From the human T2T-CHM13v2.0 reference genome, Homo sapiens: a stretch of 64,000 nucleotides of DNA. The stretch's first letter is position 1. Every line of letters starts with the position of its first letter. Shown here in pieces: positions 42,791 to 55,477 of this stretch. The stretch is from NCBI RefSeq assembly GCF_009914755.1, contig NC_060932.1; one strand, written 5' to 3'. A program made the position numbers and the translations under genes. The notes beneath the pieces are model-generated. The model was not told the origin of the DNA, searched no databases, and saw only the letters and a list, made by a program, of their open reading frames with translations.

Positions 42791-43299
42791 AATTAGGACT
42801 GATTTCTCTGGGTTTTGCTAGATTGTTTGCATGTGACTGTCCCTCCTCCTCCAAAAGGACAAATGTTAGGAAGAATATTTGGCTTGACTGAATTGGTAGC
42901 GGAGTAGCATCACATGCTTGCACTGTGTGGCCCAGGATTACATCAGAGACATCATCTTCCTAGCACGCCTTACCACGCCTTCAAACAAGTGCTCCATCTG
43001 GCACAAAGACCAAGAAAAGGTTCCAGTCCCTTGAGGTTGGAGAAGAAAGCAACGGCAAAGAAACAAGCTATTAATATTAATGTTCCAGGAAAAGAAGAAG
43101 AGAGAAAGGACACGGGCGCCCAGGAAGAATGACTCCATATGGCTTTGATGTGTTCGTTTCCACAGGACGGAGAGCAGCGTGGAGAATACAAAATAGTGAG
43201 GAGGAGAGAAATGAGGAGCTGGAGGTGGCCTGGCAGCATCTGAGAAATTACATGAGCTGTAGGGAGTAGGTTTTGTCCAGACAAAAAGTCAGCCAGCCA

Positions 43300-43316
43300 C
43301 ACTGCCATCTGCAGCC
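43300..43316 (-). promoter_or_regulatory. Candidate CTCF motif
   Basis: Reverse complement GGCTGCAGATGGCAGTG approximates CCASYAGRKGGCRS; motif match only. Confidence 0.3.
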
Positions 43317-44391
43317 ATCGGAGAATAAGCCAGAAAGGGAAAGGGAAGCCTGGAGTGCCCTGTTTGTTCCAATTAGTGGGTGTAGGATATTTTCTGTAAT
43401 GGTCTATTGTGCTAAACCCAAAGGGCACTGGCATTATTGAGACCTCTTCCAAGTGTCTCCTCTGTGGATCTCTTCAAGCAAAGTGCTTTAGTCCCTCTAT
43501 TGAGATCCCGTTGTACCTCTCAATTTCTCACATGTATATATTCTCCGTTGCATGAGAGCCCAGCCTTTGCAGTCTGAACTGGATTAAAATCCTATCTGCA
43601 CCTCTACCTGGCCATGATACATTTGGCCTATTACTCCAGCACCCAGAGCCCCCGTTTCCTCATCTATAAGTAGTTTAAGTGGTATAATAAGGTGAGGAAG
43701 TAGTTTGCGAGGAATTGAAAAGAAGTAAGAGTGTACAGGGCCTAACAACCGTGGTGGGTACTATAAATATTAGAGCTCATTCTCTTTCTTTCACCCATAC
43801 CAGAGACAGCACAGAGCAAAAGGGTGAAGGAATCTATGGCAAATGGAAAAATCTCAGACTAATATGTTACTAGCAGCACAGGTATTGCAGACCCTGTTGA
43901 AAAAAAGGGGCTTCCTCGGGAATACTGCAGGCAAAGCCTCCATACATTGAGTGAACTATGAGCCCTTTGTACAGATAGAAACTGAGAATACACTGCCAAC
44001 CCAAATAAAAAAGATCTCTGACATGTGAAGAAATATTCCAGCCTAGAGCACATGGGAGGTACAGCATTACATTAAAAGAACTTTTTGGAGAAGGTAAAAA
44101 GAAGAGGAATTGTGCAGCTTCAGATACCCCATCTCACTGAGCTGAGATGATGTCTGGCTAAGTGTTTCTATCATTTCCTTAGTGACGAGGAATTGGGGTG
44201 TATAGCAGAAGCCCACCAAATAATATCTATAGGCTATTGTACATCATAAAACTTCAGTTAATTGTTCAGTAAAGTCTATTTGCCATGTTTTACAATACTT
44301 TTAGTATTGTTCAATTATTTCTTTGATTTCCTTGGATTATCTTTTGATCATCTTTGTAGGATCTCATATTAAATTAATCTTTAGGTATTAA

Positions 44392-44690
<299 letters not shown>

Positions 44691-44759
44691 TGTTATCAAC
44701 ATTCTTTTTTCTAGAAAGAGTAAAACCTCATCGAGCAAGTCCCCTTAAGAATGCTACAT

Positions 44760-45425
44760 TAGAGAAAACACTTCTTCAGGTAGTCTTGGAATGGGGAAGA
44801 CCCTTCTAAACACTAAGAGAAAATACTGACTAATTTGGCTATATAAGAATCGAACATTTCTGCCCAAGAAAAAAGCATGAAGAATGACAAATGAAGGATT
44901 GACTTTCTCAACAGATAAAGAGCTATTGCAGATCAGTGAGAGACCATTTGATGACAGAAAGAATAAATATGAACAGGTAAAAACATGAACAGACTGATCT
45001 ATGAAAAACAAAATTGGCTTATAAGCATATGAAAAAATGCTCAGCATCACTTATCATTAACTAAATAAAAATGATAATACCAATGAGAAAAGTTTCCCAG
45101 GTTAGATTGGCAAATATCAGAGTCTCATCATATTGGCGAGGTGTGAAGAAATGTATATTCTCATCAAGGATTTGTGCAAACTTTGGAGGGCAATTTGGCA
45201 ATAACTGGTGAAGTTTTAAAAATGCTTGGTCAAGGACTGACATTTTAAATATTTTATCTCATTGATATGTCTGAACATATGAACAAAGATGCATACACAC
45301 AGATTTTTTGCAGTATGTAATATAATAACAAAGACTAGAAACAAACTCAATCAGAAAGAGACTGTTAAATAAATGATTGTTCACTTTTAAAATGGAATAC
45401 TACGCAGCTATGACAAAGAATAATG
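44760..45425 (+). mobile_element. L1ME-like ORF2 end/3' fragment
   Basis: 'catatgaaaaaatgctcagcatcactt', 'ctttggagggcaatttggcaata', 'aatggaatactacgcagc'. Confidence 0.78.
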
Positions 45426-45450
45426 TGTGTGTGTTTGTGTGAGTGTGTAG

Positions 45451-45675
<225 letters not shown>

Positions 45676-46365
45676 TAACGAAGTTTCTTGTGAAATTAAG
45701 TTAAAGTTAGATAAATACTATTAAGCATTTGTCTTTTGATTTAAAATAATTATTTCTAGCATGTAGGACAGTACTTTGCACATAATGTAAATACCCAAAT
45801 ATTCACTGAGTGTGAAAGAGTAATTTGGATGAAATGTTAAAAGAAAGTATCTCTTTAATGAGATTAGACCCAATGAATACCTTCATGTCCTTCTATACCC
45901 ATCTTTAACCTCTTTTACTGGGAGTGTAACACATGGAAAAGTACACGAAACAATATACATATCAATAAGTTATGACAAAATAAACATTGTATAACCACTA
46001 ATCTGATAAAGAAATACAACATACCCTCTCTTTTCACCTATGATGAGTTCATGGATGCTTTGTCATTAGAACTTCTGTTTCCTTACCTGTAAATTGAGGA
46101 TGTTGAAAATCATAACACAAATGTGCTTGTAATATCAGATGAGATAATGTTACTATCGTGCTTATAAGTGATAGAAAGTTCTGCAAATGGGGAAGATTAT
46201 AGGCCATTGAGTTTGATTGATGTGTCAGAGGTTGGCAGGTACCATCAAAGCCCAAGGGCATCTTGCTTGAAGTCATCCCTATGGTCCTTACTATCCTGGG
46301 CAGGTGTGATGTAGGGAAAACAGCTGCCCATTTATTTATGCTTAGCATTCCAATAATGGAACATT

Positions 46366-46507
46366 CCACATTTATGCCTAGTGTTCCATTATTGGAACGC
46401 TAAGCATGTGGGAGTTATTTATATCCTACTGCTCAAGGTCATGACCAAGGTCTGATTTTTCACACACGTCTGCAATTCAAAAAATTGCAACCTCCAGCAT
46501 AAATGGG
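46366..46507 (+). mobile_element. MER85 (piggyBac/PGBD3 MITE) with rearranged left end
   Basis: 'catttatgcctagtgttccattattggaacgctaagcatgtgggagttatttatatcctactgctcaaggtc...ttgcaacctccagcataaatggg' followed by TTAA (46508-46511). Confidence 0.92.
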
Positions 46508-46759
46508 TTAATGGACTTAACAGAATTAACTGGTGGTCAATATTCTGCCACTGCCCTGAGAATAAACAATAAACCTTTCTTCTTATTCTGAATCTGTGAG
46601 TTTTGCCAGGGAGCAGAAAAGATAGAACCATGGAATCTCCTGGAAGACTCTCAGAGTGCTCGTTGGAATGGTCTACAATGACTAGGGGAGGAGTCACCTT
46701 GCAGTAGCCTCTAGGGATGTGGAGTGGTTTGCCTGCTCTGCCAGGTTCCTTTTAATGGC

Positions 46760-46930
46760 ACTCTAGCTATGTGACCTTGGACAACTTACTTAATCTTGTG
46801 CAGCCTCAGCTACCCCATCTCTCTGAAGGCAAACTTAGTCTCTGCCTCACAGGGTACTGTGAGGGTCCTTGTGAGATAATCCGTGTAAAGTGCCCAGCGA
46901 GATGTCTCACTCAGCCCGTGCTCAGACGTG
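46760..46930 (+). mobile_element. MIR
   Basis: 'tagctatgtgaccttggacaacttacttaatc...gcctcag'. Confidence 0.72.
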
Positions 46931-49900
46931 TTTGCAGAGTGTTAATCTCTCAGAAGGAGCTGATTATCAACATTCTTTTGCCTAGAGAGAGGAAAGTCTA
47001 TTTGCCATTTTATGCAGTTTATATACATAGATACTATTTGCCATATTATACAGTAATAGATTTTACTGGACAATAATCTCACCAGATAATCTTGGTGGAT
47101 GAGATTGCAGCACGTGTGCTACTTATATTCTTTAGGGCAGGAGAGTTTATGTGGATCTAGAGTGGAGTGGTGGTTTATGACTCCTGTAGCACTCAGTTGA
47201 TTCTCCATTGCTCCTGAATAGGTCTTTCTTTACTGATGACAGGGTCTCTCCATACGGTGACACATGGGGTTTGATGAGGGAAGATAGGGTATGTGAAGCT
47301 TATGTAGGGACAATGAGAGCAGGAACACTATTCTTAGGCTTTATGCTTGTTTGGGCAGGGAAGTGGAGGGCAAAGGGAAGAGAGAGGGAGAGAAAATGGC
47401 TCAGGAGTAGAAATGTGTAAAGCATGATTTGAGAACAAGAAACACTGAGATAGGATGTTCTTTTAGGGAACTACTAGATGCCAAGGCAGAACATACAGTT
47501 TGGGGTCTTGAACAGAAGCCTTTGTTGCCAGCAAAGGCATGAAGAATTTATCCTGCAAGTACTGGGGAACCATTGAACTTAAACAGGGTAGTGACATGTC
47601 TCAAGCACGGGAGGTAAAATTGAATTAGCAAATTAGCTAGAAAACAGGGATAGTTACTAGCTACAACAATTACTATGTTCAACTCAAGAAAAATCCCCTG
47701 GCACAGAGCCTCATGTACTTAACATATGCCTGCTGAATTTTTATTTCAAATATAAAATTGCTGTTACTTAGATGTCATTTGGCCTCTCTAGTTTTTAATA
47801 TAAAATGACTTTGCATTTTATTTAAATCTGAAGTTAAGTGACTATTTCTGATGCATAAACTCAGTCCGAGGGATGAAATGAGGTTAAATATCATAGTATC
47901 CATCCAACCTCCTTCCTCTACCTGCCCCTGCCCATCACCAAAGTCCTCTTTTCTGTAGGTGCTAGATGAAAATGGATATTCATTGTGTTGATGATGGGAG
48001 GCCTTCATGGAAAAGTACCACTGGATTCCAGCTTAGTCAGCTGCATGATTTCATAGAGCATCAAGGCAGATGCTAATGGGAGGTTGGTGGAGAGGTAGTC
48101 AGAAAAGAGACTGACAGTGCAACTCAGAGAATTGGGGGGAAGGTTTAATGGCAAAGATGGAAATTCAGCTGGGCTTCTGTGAGTTTAGTTTCATTGAGAA
48201 CTAAGGGACAGGGAGAGACCAAAGTGGGAGAATGAATTAAAGCTGCTGAAAGAAGTCCTAAGAGTCAGTGTAGTATATGAGAAATGCATGGACTTGGGAA
48301 TCAGCCACAGCCAGATCACAGAACAGCATTGTGAGCTTGGGGAAGTTCGTTACGATTGTGTGCTTACCTGTAGAGATGGGGATAAAATAGGGTTTCTGTG
48401 AAGATGAATCAACGATAGGACATGAAAGAGCTTGAGACAGTGTTCACCATGCATGCTTCTCTATGTTTCTGGTTTTTTTTTATTGTTCCTTGTTCTCCTT
48501 TTAACTCCCATCACCTAAAATTTTGGCACTGGTCATAGGCACCTATTTTTGTTGAAAATGTCACTGGCCTTCTGTTAGGGAAGAGTAACTCTTTATACTG
48601 ATGTAGCACTTTGCTGTTTTGAAAGTGTTTTTATGGATATTACTATCATCTGCTTTTCATAGCAACTCTGTGAACTGCGGTCTTATCTTAGTTTTACAGC
48701 TGGGGACATTGAGGCTCATTTTTGCACAGCTAATAGTTAGTGGTAAAATCAAGTTATTTGGCTTTTAAAGTGCTGTTTTCAGCCGCAGACAGTATAGAGG
48801 CATCTATGAGGACTCCCCTGCTTCTGGTTTCAATACTGTGTGTAATTGTGGTATCCTGGAAACCACTTTGGGTATCCTTTTAACCTGGTTTTCCAGATGT
48901 GTCTTGCCATTTGACCAGGAGACCGGGAAGATTAGAGTGAAATGAAAATGGAGACTGGGCCACCCTGCATTGGTAATAAAGTTTCTCCATGTTACCAATC
49001 TTTAACCCATAGCCATGTTACACTGAATTAATTACTAGCTACTAAGGATTGCTTCTAAGGCACCGGACAGAGGGAGAGAACTCTTCCTCCTCTATCTCTC
49101 CTCTGTTGCACATATATACATGCATGCCCCAGTTCTAGCATTAAAAGTTAGCAGGGATTTCAAGAGTTCCTCCTCTACATGCACGCACATGGCTTGCTTA
49201 TAGTCTTCTGACTCCTGTTCATTAATTTGATGTGCATTTTGTTGCCTGCTCGGTTTTCTTTCTGGATTCTAGTCATGCTCTTATCCCTGCTATTGTTGAG
49301 AATGACAACTTCCAGAATTCTGTCTTAATTTAGTCATGTCACAATTATAGCACCCACCTCACTTTCCACTTCAGCTACTCTGCAGCCTGGGTTAGGCACC
49401 ACTGTTGACACTTGTGGTTCTTCCTCTGACATGACATATTGACAGGCCCTATACCCCTGGCCATCCAGAGTTCCATGGTTAAGTATGGTGTAATGCTCTG
49501 ATAGAGAATGAATGAAGCTGGACAAGATGCCATAATGCAGTTTCACTAGTGGAGAGAGCCACCTCTCATCAGAGGCTTCTGCCTTCACAGAATATTGATG
49601 AGGTCCCCGCCACAGTGTCCTTGCCATAGGAACTGATAAGGGTGAGGGAAAAGATAAGTGGAGAGAAAAGTGTACGCGAAATAAAATCTAGTTGACCACA
49701 AATCATTGACATGTTATTCCTCGTGTCCTAATTACCTTCGGATGTTTTCCTTGTCCTTTAAGGTTTTATCTATCATTAAAAAATGAATTGTCTCACTTGT
49801 AGAGAACTGTGAAAGCTAATTAAAAATGAAACCAAAAGCCACAGATGTAATTATTACACAATGAGATAAGGATAACATTATCTGATGCCATTTCATATAC

Positions 49901-50536
49901 CAAAAGTGCATTTTAATTAGAACCCCAGGTGGTAACTAAGAAATCAGGTATAAAGACATTTTATCTTTACTACCTATTTGCAAAATAATTGTGCATCACA
50001 ATTATTGTTTGAGGATATACACCAGATTTCTGGAAAATGTTCCCTAAAAGGAGGACTGTTCTTGATCTTGGCCCATACAACACAAATAAATAAACATAAT
50101 TCTTTATCAAGACCAATGTGTTGAATCTGATATTGCAGGCATACAAGATTTAGGACCATTTGAAACTTGTAATCATTTTGTGTCAAAAGATTAGATTCAT
50201 TCTTAGTTCTCTAAAGCATAAATATGACATGTATCTGTAATGGCAATGAAATAAATATTTTAAAACATCTACTTTTGTCTTTACATATAATTTATAATGC
50301 TATTTTATGACTCTCTGTGTGTGCATATAAAATACACAGTTCATTTGAGTGCAATATAGCAAAATAACAGTAATATACTTGTACATATTGTGTACAGGTT
50401 GAAATGGTACTGAGGAATTGGGAAAGCTTTCTAGTAAGTAATTCCTAGAAGACCCTTTCTAGAGTCAAAGTCATGTGCCGTCTCCATTTTGTGGATGGGA
50501 AATGGAGAGTGCAAAAGTGTCAATAGGGTAGAAGGT

Positions 50537-50628
50537 AATGGCACATGTATACCTATGTACCAAACCTGCACGTTCAGCACATGTATCCCAGAACTTAACG
50601 TAAAACAAACAAACAAACAAACAAAAAA
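50537..50628 (+). mobile_element. Very short L1PA 3' end with (AAAC)n tail
   Basis: 'atggcacatgtatacctatgtaccaaacctgcacgttcagcacatgtatcccagaacttaa'. Confidence 0.92.
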
Positions 50629-51398
50629 CGCAGAGGCAGAATTTAATTTTATCTGTACATAAGAGAACAGGTAATCATGAAAAAGCATTCTGGTTTTCCA
50701 AATTTCACTGAATTATAATCAAATAAAATTCTTGAAACTATAAAAAGCAAAAGAAGGCAAGCAGGAGTGTTTATCTCCTTTAACATCCATTGCTTGCCCA
50801 AGGCTAGTGGGAATGCTGTGTTAAGCATCACCCCTTGGTCCAGGGTAAGTGTGTCATGGAGGTAGTGGGTGATCAGTGTCTGCCATGGCCATAGGGGTGC
50901 TGTGGAGGGTGGTGATGAGGTGCATGTAATCAATTTCCTGGTTTTGCCAAATAAAAACCCTCAGTTGGAATCTACATTTCTGTGTTCTAACTTTAGTTAC
51001 CTGTACCCCTTTTCCCCAGTGGCTAAATTGCTGTGTGACTTTGGGCAAGCTCTGTAACTACCCTGAATCACAGCTTCTCTGTCTTTCAGATAGGAACAAT
51101 GATACAACTCAGTTCTCTTTGTGTAGCGCCAGAATAATCAGTCTGAAATTATTGGTCAAAACCTCAGATTAAAAAATGGACACAGTTAATATGTGTTCTG
51201 TCTTCTTTTCTTCATTCAATGTAGCATTTAGGTAACTCAAGACCAGGGACCCAAGAGAAAGGACAGAAAGCACAACTGGAATCAGTTTTGCAGCTTATTT
51301 ATAATTCTCATTTAAAAACAAATTAAATAAAACATACCTCTAAATAAAGATAAGAATAAAGATGAACTTTGCTCAGAAAAATATTTTTTCACCTCTAC

Positions 51399-51755
51399 TG
51401 TTATAGACTGAATGTTTGTGTTCCCCCAGAATTTATATGTTGCAGCCTTAATACTTCACGTGATGGTATTTGGAGGAGGTAGATTTAGATGAGATCCTAA
51501 GGATGGGGCCCCCATACTAGAATTAGTGTCCTTATAAGAAGAGGAGGAGACTGGAGCTCTCTCTCCACCCTGTGAGGACACAATGAGAAGGGGGCCGTCT
51601 GCAAGCCAGGAAGATGAGGCCCTCCCTCGCCAGAACCCAACCATGCTGTCACCTTGGTTTTGGGCTTCCTGGCATTCAGAACTGTGAGAAATAAATGTTG
51701 TTTAAGCTACCCCGTCTTTGGTATTTTTCTGTAGTAGCCTGAGAAGACTAAGACA
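51399..51755 (+). mobile_element. MLT1A0 LTR
   Basis: 'tgttatagactgaatgtttgtgttccccc...cagaactgtgagaaataaatg...gactaagaca'. Confidence 0.9.
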
Positions 51756-52200
51756 CCTACTATATGCCAGGCTTTGTTATAAATATTTGAACTGCTACAA
51801 TGAACACAGAAATTCCTGTTCTTGTGCAATTTACATTCTACTATGGATAGATAAACAATACACAAATACATAACATGATAAATACATTAATAGATAAACA
51901 AATCCATAGATATATACAATTATAGCAATAAAGTAGTGAAGTGACATTTAAAATGTCAGATGGTAATAAATGCTATGAAGTATAAGTCAGCAGGACTGGA
52001 GAGACAGCAGGTACTGGTAGGGAGGATGCTATTTCAGATAAGAAGATTGGAGGAGTCTCTGATGGCTTGACATATGATCACAGATCTGAAAGAAGTGAGG
52101 GGGTTGACCATGTAGCTCTCTTGGAGAACACTGTTCCAGGTACAGGTATAGAAAATGCCAAGATTGTGTTCCCTGGGTTCAAGGAACAGGAAGGGAGGCA
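51756..52200 (-). mobile_element. L2 fragment
   Basis: 'cctactatatgccaggc...tttacattcta...gatggtaataaatgctatgaag...cagatctgaaagaagtgaggg'. Confidence 0.65.
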
Positions 52201-53512
52201 GTATGGCTTTTCCACTTCTGCAAGCTTTTCCATTAAAGTGCATTCTTGAGGTGTAGCCCATGTATTTCAGGGGCCCAGAAAAATCATACACTGGTGCTTA
52301 TGGTCATGTCCTCATGTAGGAAATCAGAACTCTTTTGTTACCATTGTCAGTTAATTTTCCATGTTTGCCATTATAGATACATATTTAGACTGCGGTGGTG
52401 TTACTCTTGCCCTGTAAGTAAATAAATATAATTTATTATTCTTGCAGGGAATAATTTTTTTACTGTTTCAGAGTCTAATTTGTTGCAGCAGTAGAAACAA
52501 ACAGAAACATTGCTTAAAAGGTGCAATCTGCCAAACAATGGACGTGTCTCTGACTTATCCAGGGCAGTTTCTCCAGCAGGAGTGTGGAAACTGCATTGTA
52601 GTCATCCCTCTACCTCTTCATTTCCCTCCCTCTCCTGCTCTTCCTGGACAGTGCTTCTAGCTCATCCTCTTCAATGCCAAGAGAAGCCACTCTTTGCTGT
52701 GTTCCTACTGTGTGCTAGGGAGTGTTCTGCATATAGTCTATGCACATTTGCTCAGTTTTCTCAGTCCCTGCAGGGGTGCAATTTTAGGAAATATCAAATA
52801 AGACTGACAAAATTAGGTGAAATAAAGCATATAAGGTGTTTAGCACAGTGCCTGGTACATGATGTTTTTTCTTTGAGTGGTAGCAATTGTTATCACTAGT
52901 TATCTTGTTTAGTCCTCCTAAAGAAATCCATGGAAGGGGCATTGTAATTCTCAACTTATGGGCCCAGGGAGTTCAAGTAACTTCTCCAAGGCCACTCGGT
53001 GAGTTTCAGTCTAAGTTCGGCTTTAAATCTCAGTCTGTCTATGCGGAAGCCTGTGCTCTTTTTCTTATTCTGTTGCCACTCTGCCCTCCATTTTCCTTCC
53101 ATGTATAAAATGGGAATAAGATTCATATACAAGGCCTTACATCTATATATCTACATATGTACATGAATATATGTCGCAGGGGTGTTTTGAAGATTAAATG
53201 TTTTCTATATGTAATTGAGATGGTAGTATTCAAATACAAATTAAGACATTATCTAGATATCTCAATATCTGATATTATTAAGATATCTGTATCAGAAGAC
53301 ACAATGAAATAGAATTAAAAACAGTGAAGAGTGCCAGTCAGTCAATAGTTGTGATGAGGCACTAACAAGCTTGTGGGTATTCAGAGAAGAAAATGATCCT
53401 GATGGGCTGATGTAGGTGGAAAAGCAAGCCAGGGAATGTGCTAGGAGGAGCAGAGTGCAGGCAGGACATCGCAGGTAAAGAGCAGCACCCCACCTGTGCA
53501 AAGACCGGAAGG

Positions 53513-53513
<1 letters not shown>

Positions 53514-53549
<36 letters not shown>
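53514..53549. repeat. (TG)n microsatellite
   Basis: Direct reading. Confidence 0.97.
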
Positions 53550-53550
<1 letters not shown>

Positions 53551-53781
53551 TTGCATGGGACAGGGAGGGGACAGCACTGTGTACAGGCTTCATAGGCAGA
53601 AAGAGGGGGATGCAGCCTGAGGTCTTTTAAGATTTGATTTTGGTACGTGAGGTCTTGTTCCTGTGTACGGGGCCTCAGTCAGGCATGTTAAGTAGAAGAT
53701 GGACGGGTGAATAAGATCATGTGGGATAGAACCACATAGGGGTCCTGAAGCAACATGTGCTGTGCAAATCTTATACATGCC

Positions 53782-54255
53782 TGTATTAGCCAGGGTTCTC
53801 TGGAGAAACAGAACTGATAGAATATATATAGATACATAGAAGGGGATTTATTACAGGAATTGGCTCACACAATTTTGGAGGCTGAGAAGTCCTGCAATCT
53901 GCTATCTGCAAGTTGGAGACCATGGAAAGCTGGTGATGCAATTTCCAGTCTAAACACGAAGGTCTGAGATCCAGGGAGTCAATGGTGCATGTCCCAGTCC
54001 AAGTCTGAAACCCTGAGGACTGGGGGTGGAACAGTGGGAGGAGATAGTGTGAATCCTGGTCAGAGTCTGAAGGCCTAAGAAGGAGGAGCACTGATGTCCT
54101 AGGGCAGGAGAGATGCACACCCCAGCTCAAGGAGGAAAAAATTCACTCTCCTTCCTTTTTTTTTTTTTTTTTTTCATTCTATTTGGGCTCCTCAGTGAAT
54201 TGGCTGATTGATACCCATCCACACTGGTGAGGGCAACTTTATTTACTTAGTCTAC
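53782..54255 (-). mobile_element. MLT2 (ERVL) LTR, partial
   Basis: 'tgtattagccagggttctctggagaaacagaac...ggaattggctcacacaattttggaggctgagaagtcc'. Confidence 0.88.
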
Positions 54256-55261
54256 ATTTGAAGGGTGAAGTGAAGCTTCTCCTTTTCTCTGCCCTGCTTT
54301 CTTCCTCTCCCCTCCTCTCCTCTTTTCTCTTCTCTTCTCATATCTGACTCTCTTTTATTCCTCTTTTTCTTTCTTCTTTCCTGCCCAGCTGACAAGGTAA
54401 GTAAGGACGGGAATGTCCTTCTGTTTAGAAGGTATACATGGGCCACAGTGGACTGAGAAGTGTCACCTCGGGTATTTCCAGATGCTTCTACGCCATTGTT
54501 TTCCCCAGTTATCCAAAAAGGAATTCCAGATCCAATGGAACCATTTCAGGATCACTTTCAAAGTCAAGCCAGAACCAAGATGGGAGTGGCATGGGATGCT
54601 GATGCTCTGCCTGCATTCTGTCAGAACCAACATTTCCATGCACAATGGCCAAATTTCTGATGACCAGTACCTGCATCTTCATGAGGAGACTGTCAGGCTG
54701 CTGGAGCCCACTGTGCTCACCCCATGATGGGGGCCTGACATCTGGGATGGGGGCAAAAATCATTGACTGCTGGGTGTGAGTATAAGCAGCTCAGCCTCCT
54801 CATCCCCCAGATGGAATATTTCTGATGCACGTGTTGCACACAATTTCCCATGTATCCTCTGGGCATGAAGCTACAGCTGTCTACTGTGGTCACTGACTGA
54901 ACAATGCACTCCTTATTGGCTTCATTCTTCATCTGTCCCTTTTCCATTCCCCTGCCAGGTCTCTGCACTTCCAAACTAAACTCACACCATTGGTCCTCTT
55001 CTCAGGCCTTGCTTCTGTGGGCATCCCACCTAGAAAAAGGGGTAGGATGTTAATGGCAGTCTCTTTAGATCTGCCTCTGACATACACAAAAGTCTTCTCT
55101 GTTATTGCAGGATCCAGCTAAGCTCACTAGGTAGGAAACAAAATAGAAATGTGAAATCAAAAATCTAAATGCAGTTATAAAGAAAGTCTCTTGTGCATAC
55201 CTCTCTTAGAAGCAGCAGTGATTTGAAAGGAGAAACTGGCTGATTACTTAGTGCTTTAAAT

Positions 55262-55477
55262 AAGGGGTCAGCAAATGTATTTATAAGGGCAAGATAGTAA
55301 ATACTTGAAGCTTCGCAGGCCAGACAATCTCCGTTGCAACTACTTAATTCTACCGCTGTAGTGAAAAGGAGGCAATCATAGGCAATATGTAAAATGACGA
55401 GTGGGGTTATTTTCCAGCAGAACTTTACTGACAGAAACAGAAGCCCAGATTTGGCCTGCCCCTGGTTTAGATCCTGC
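55262..55477 (+). mobile_element. MER58A
   Basis: 'aggggtcagcaaa...agatagtaaata...gttgcaactactt'. Confidence 0.78.

Noticed and set aside
42970-43452. 160-aa minus-strand ORF
   Set aside because: Non-ATG start, no recognisable domain, no splice context; length is attainable by chance.
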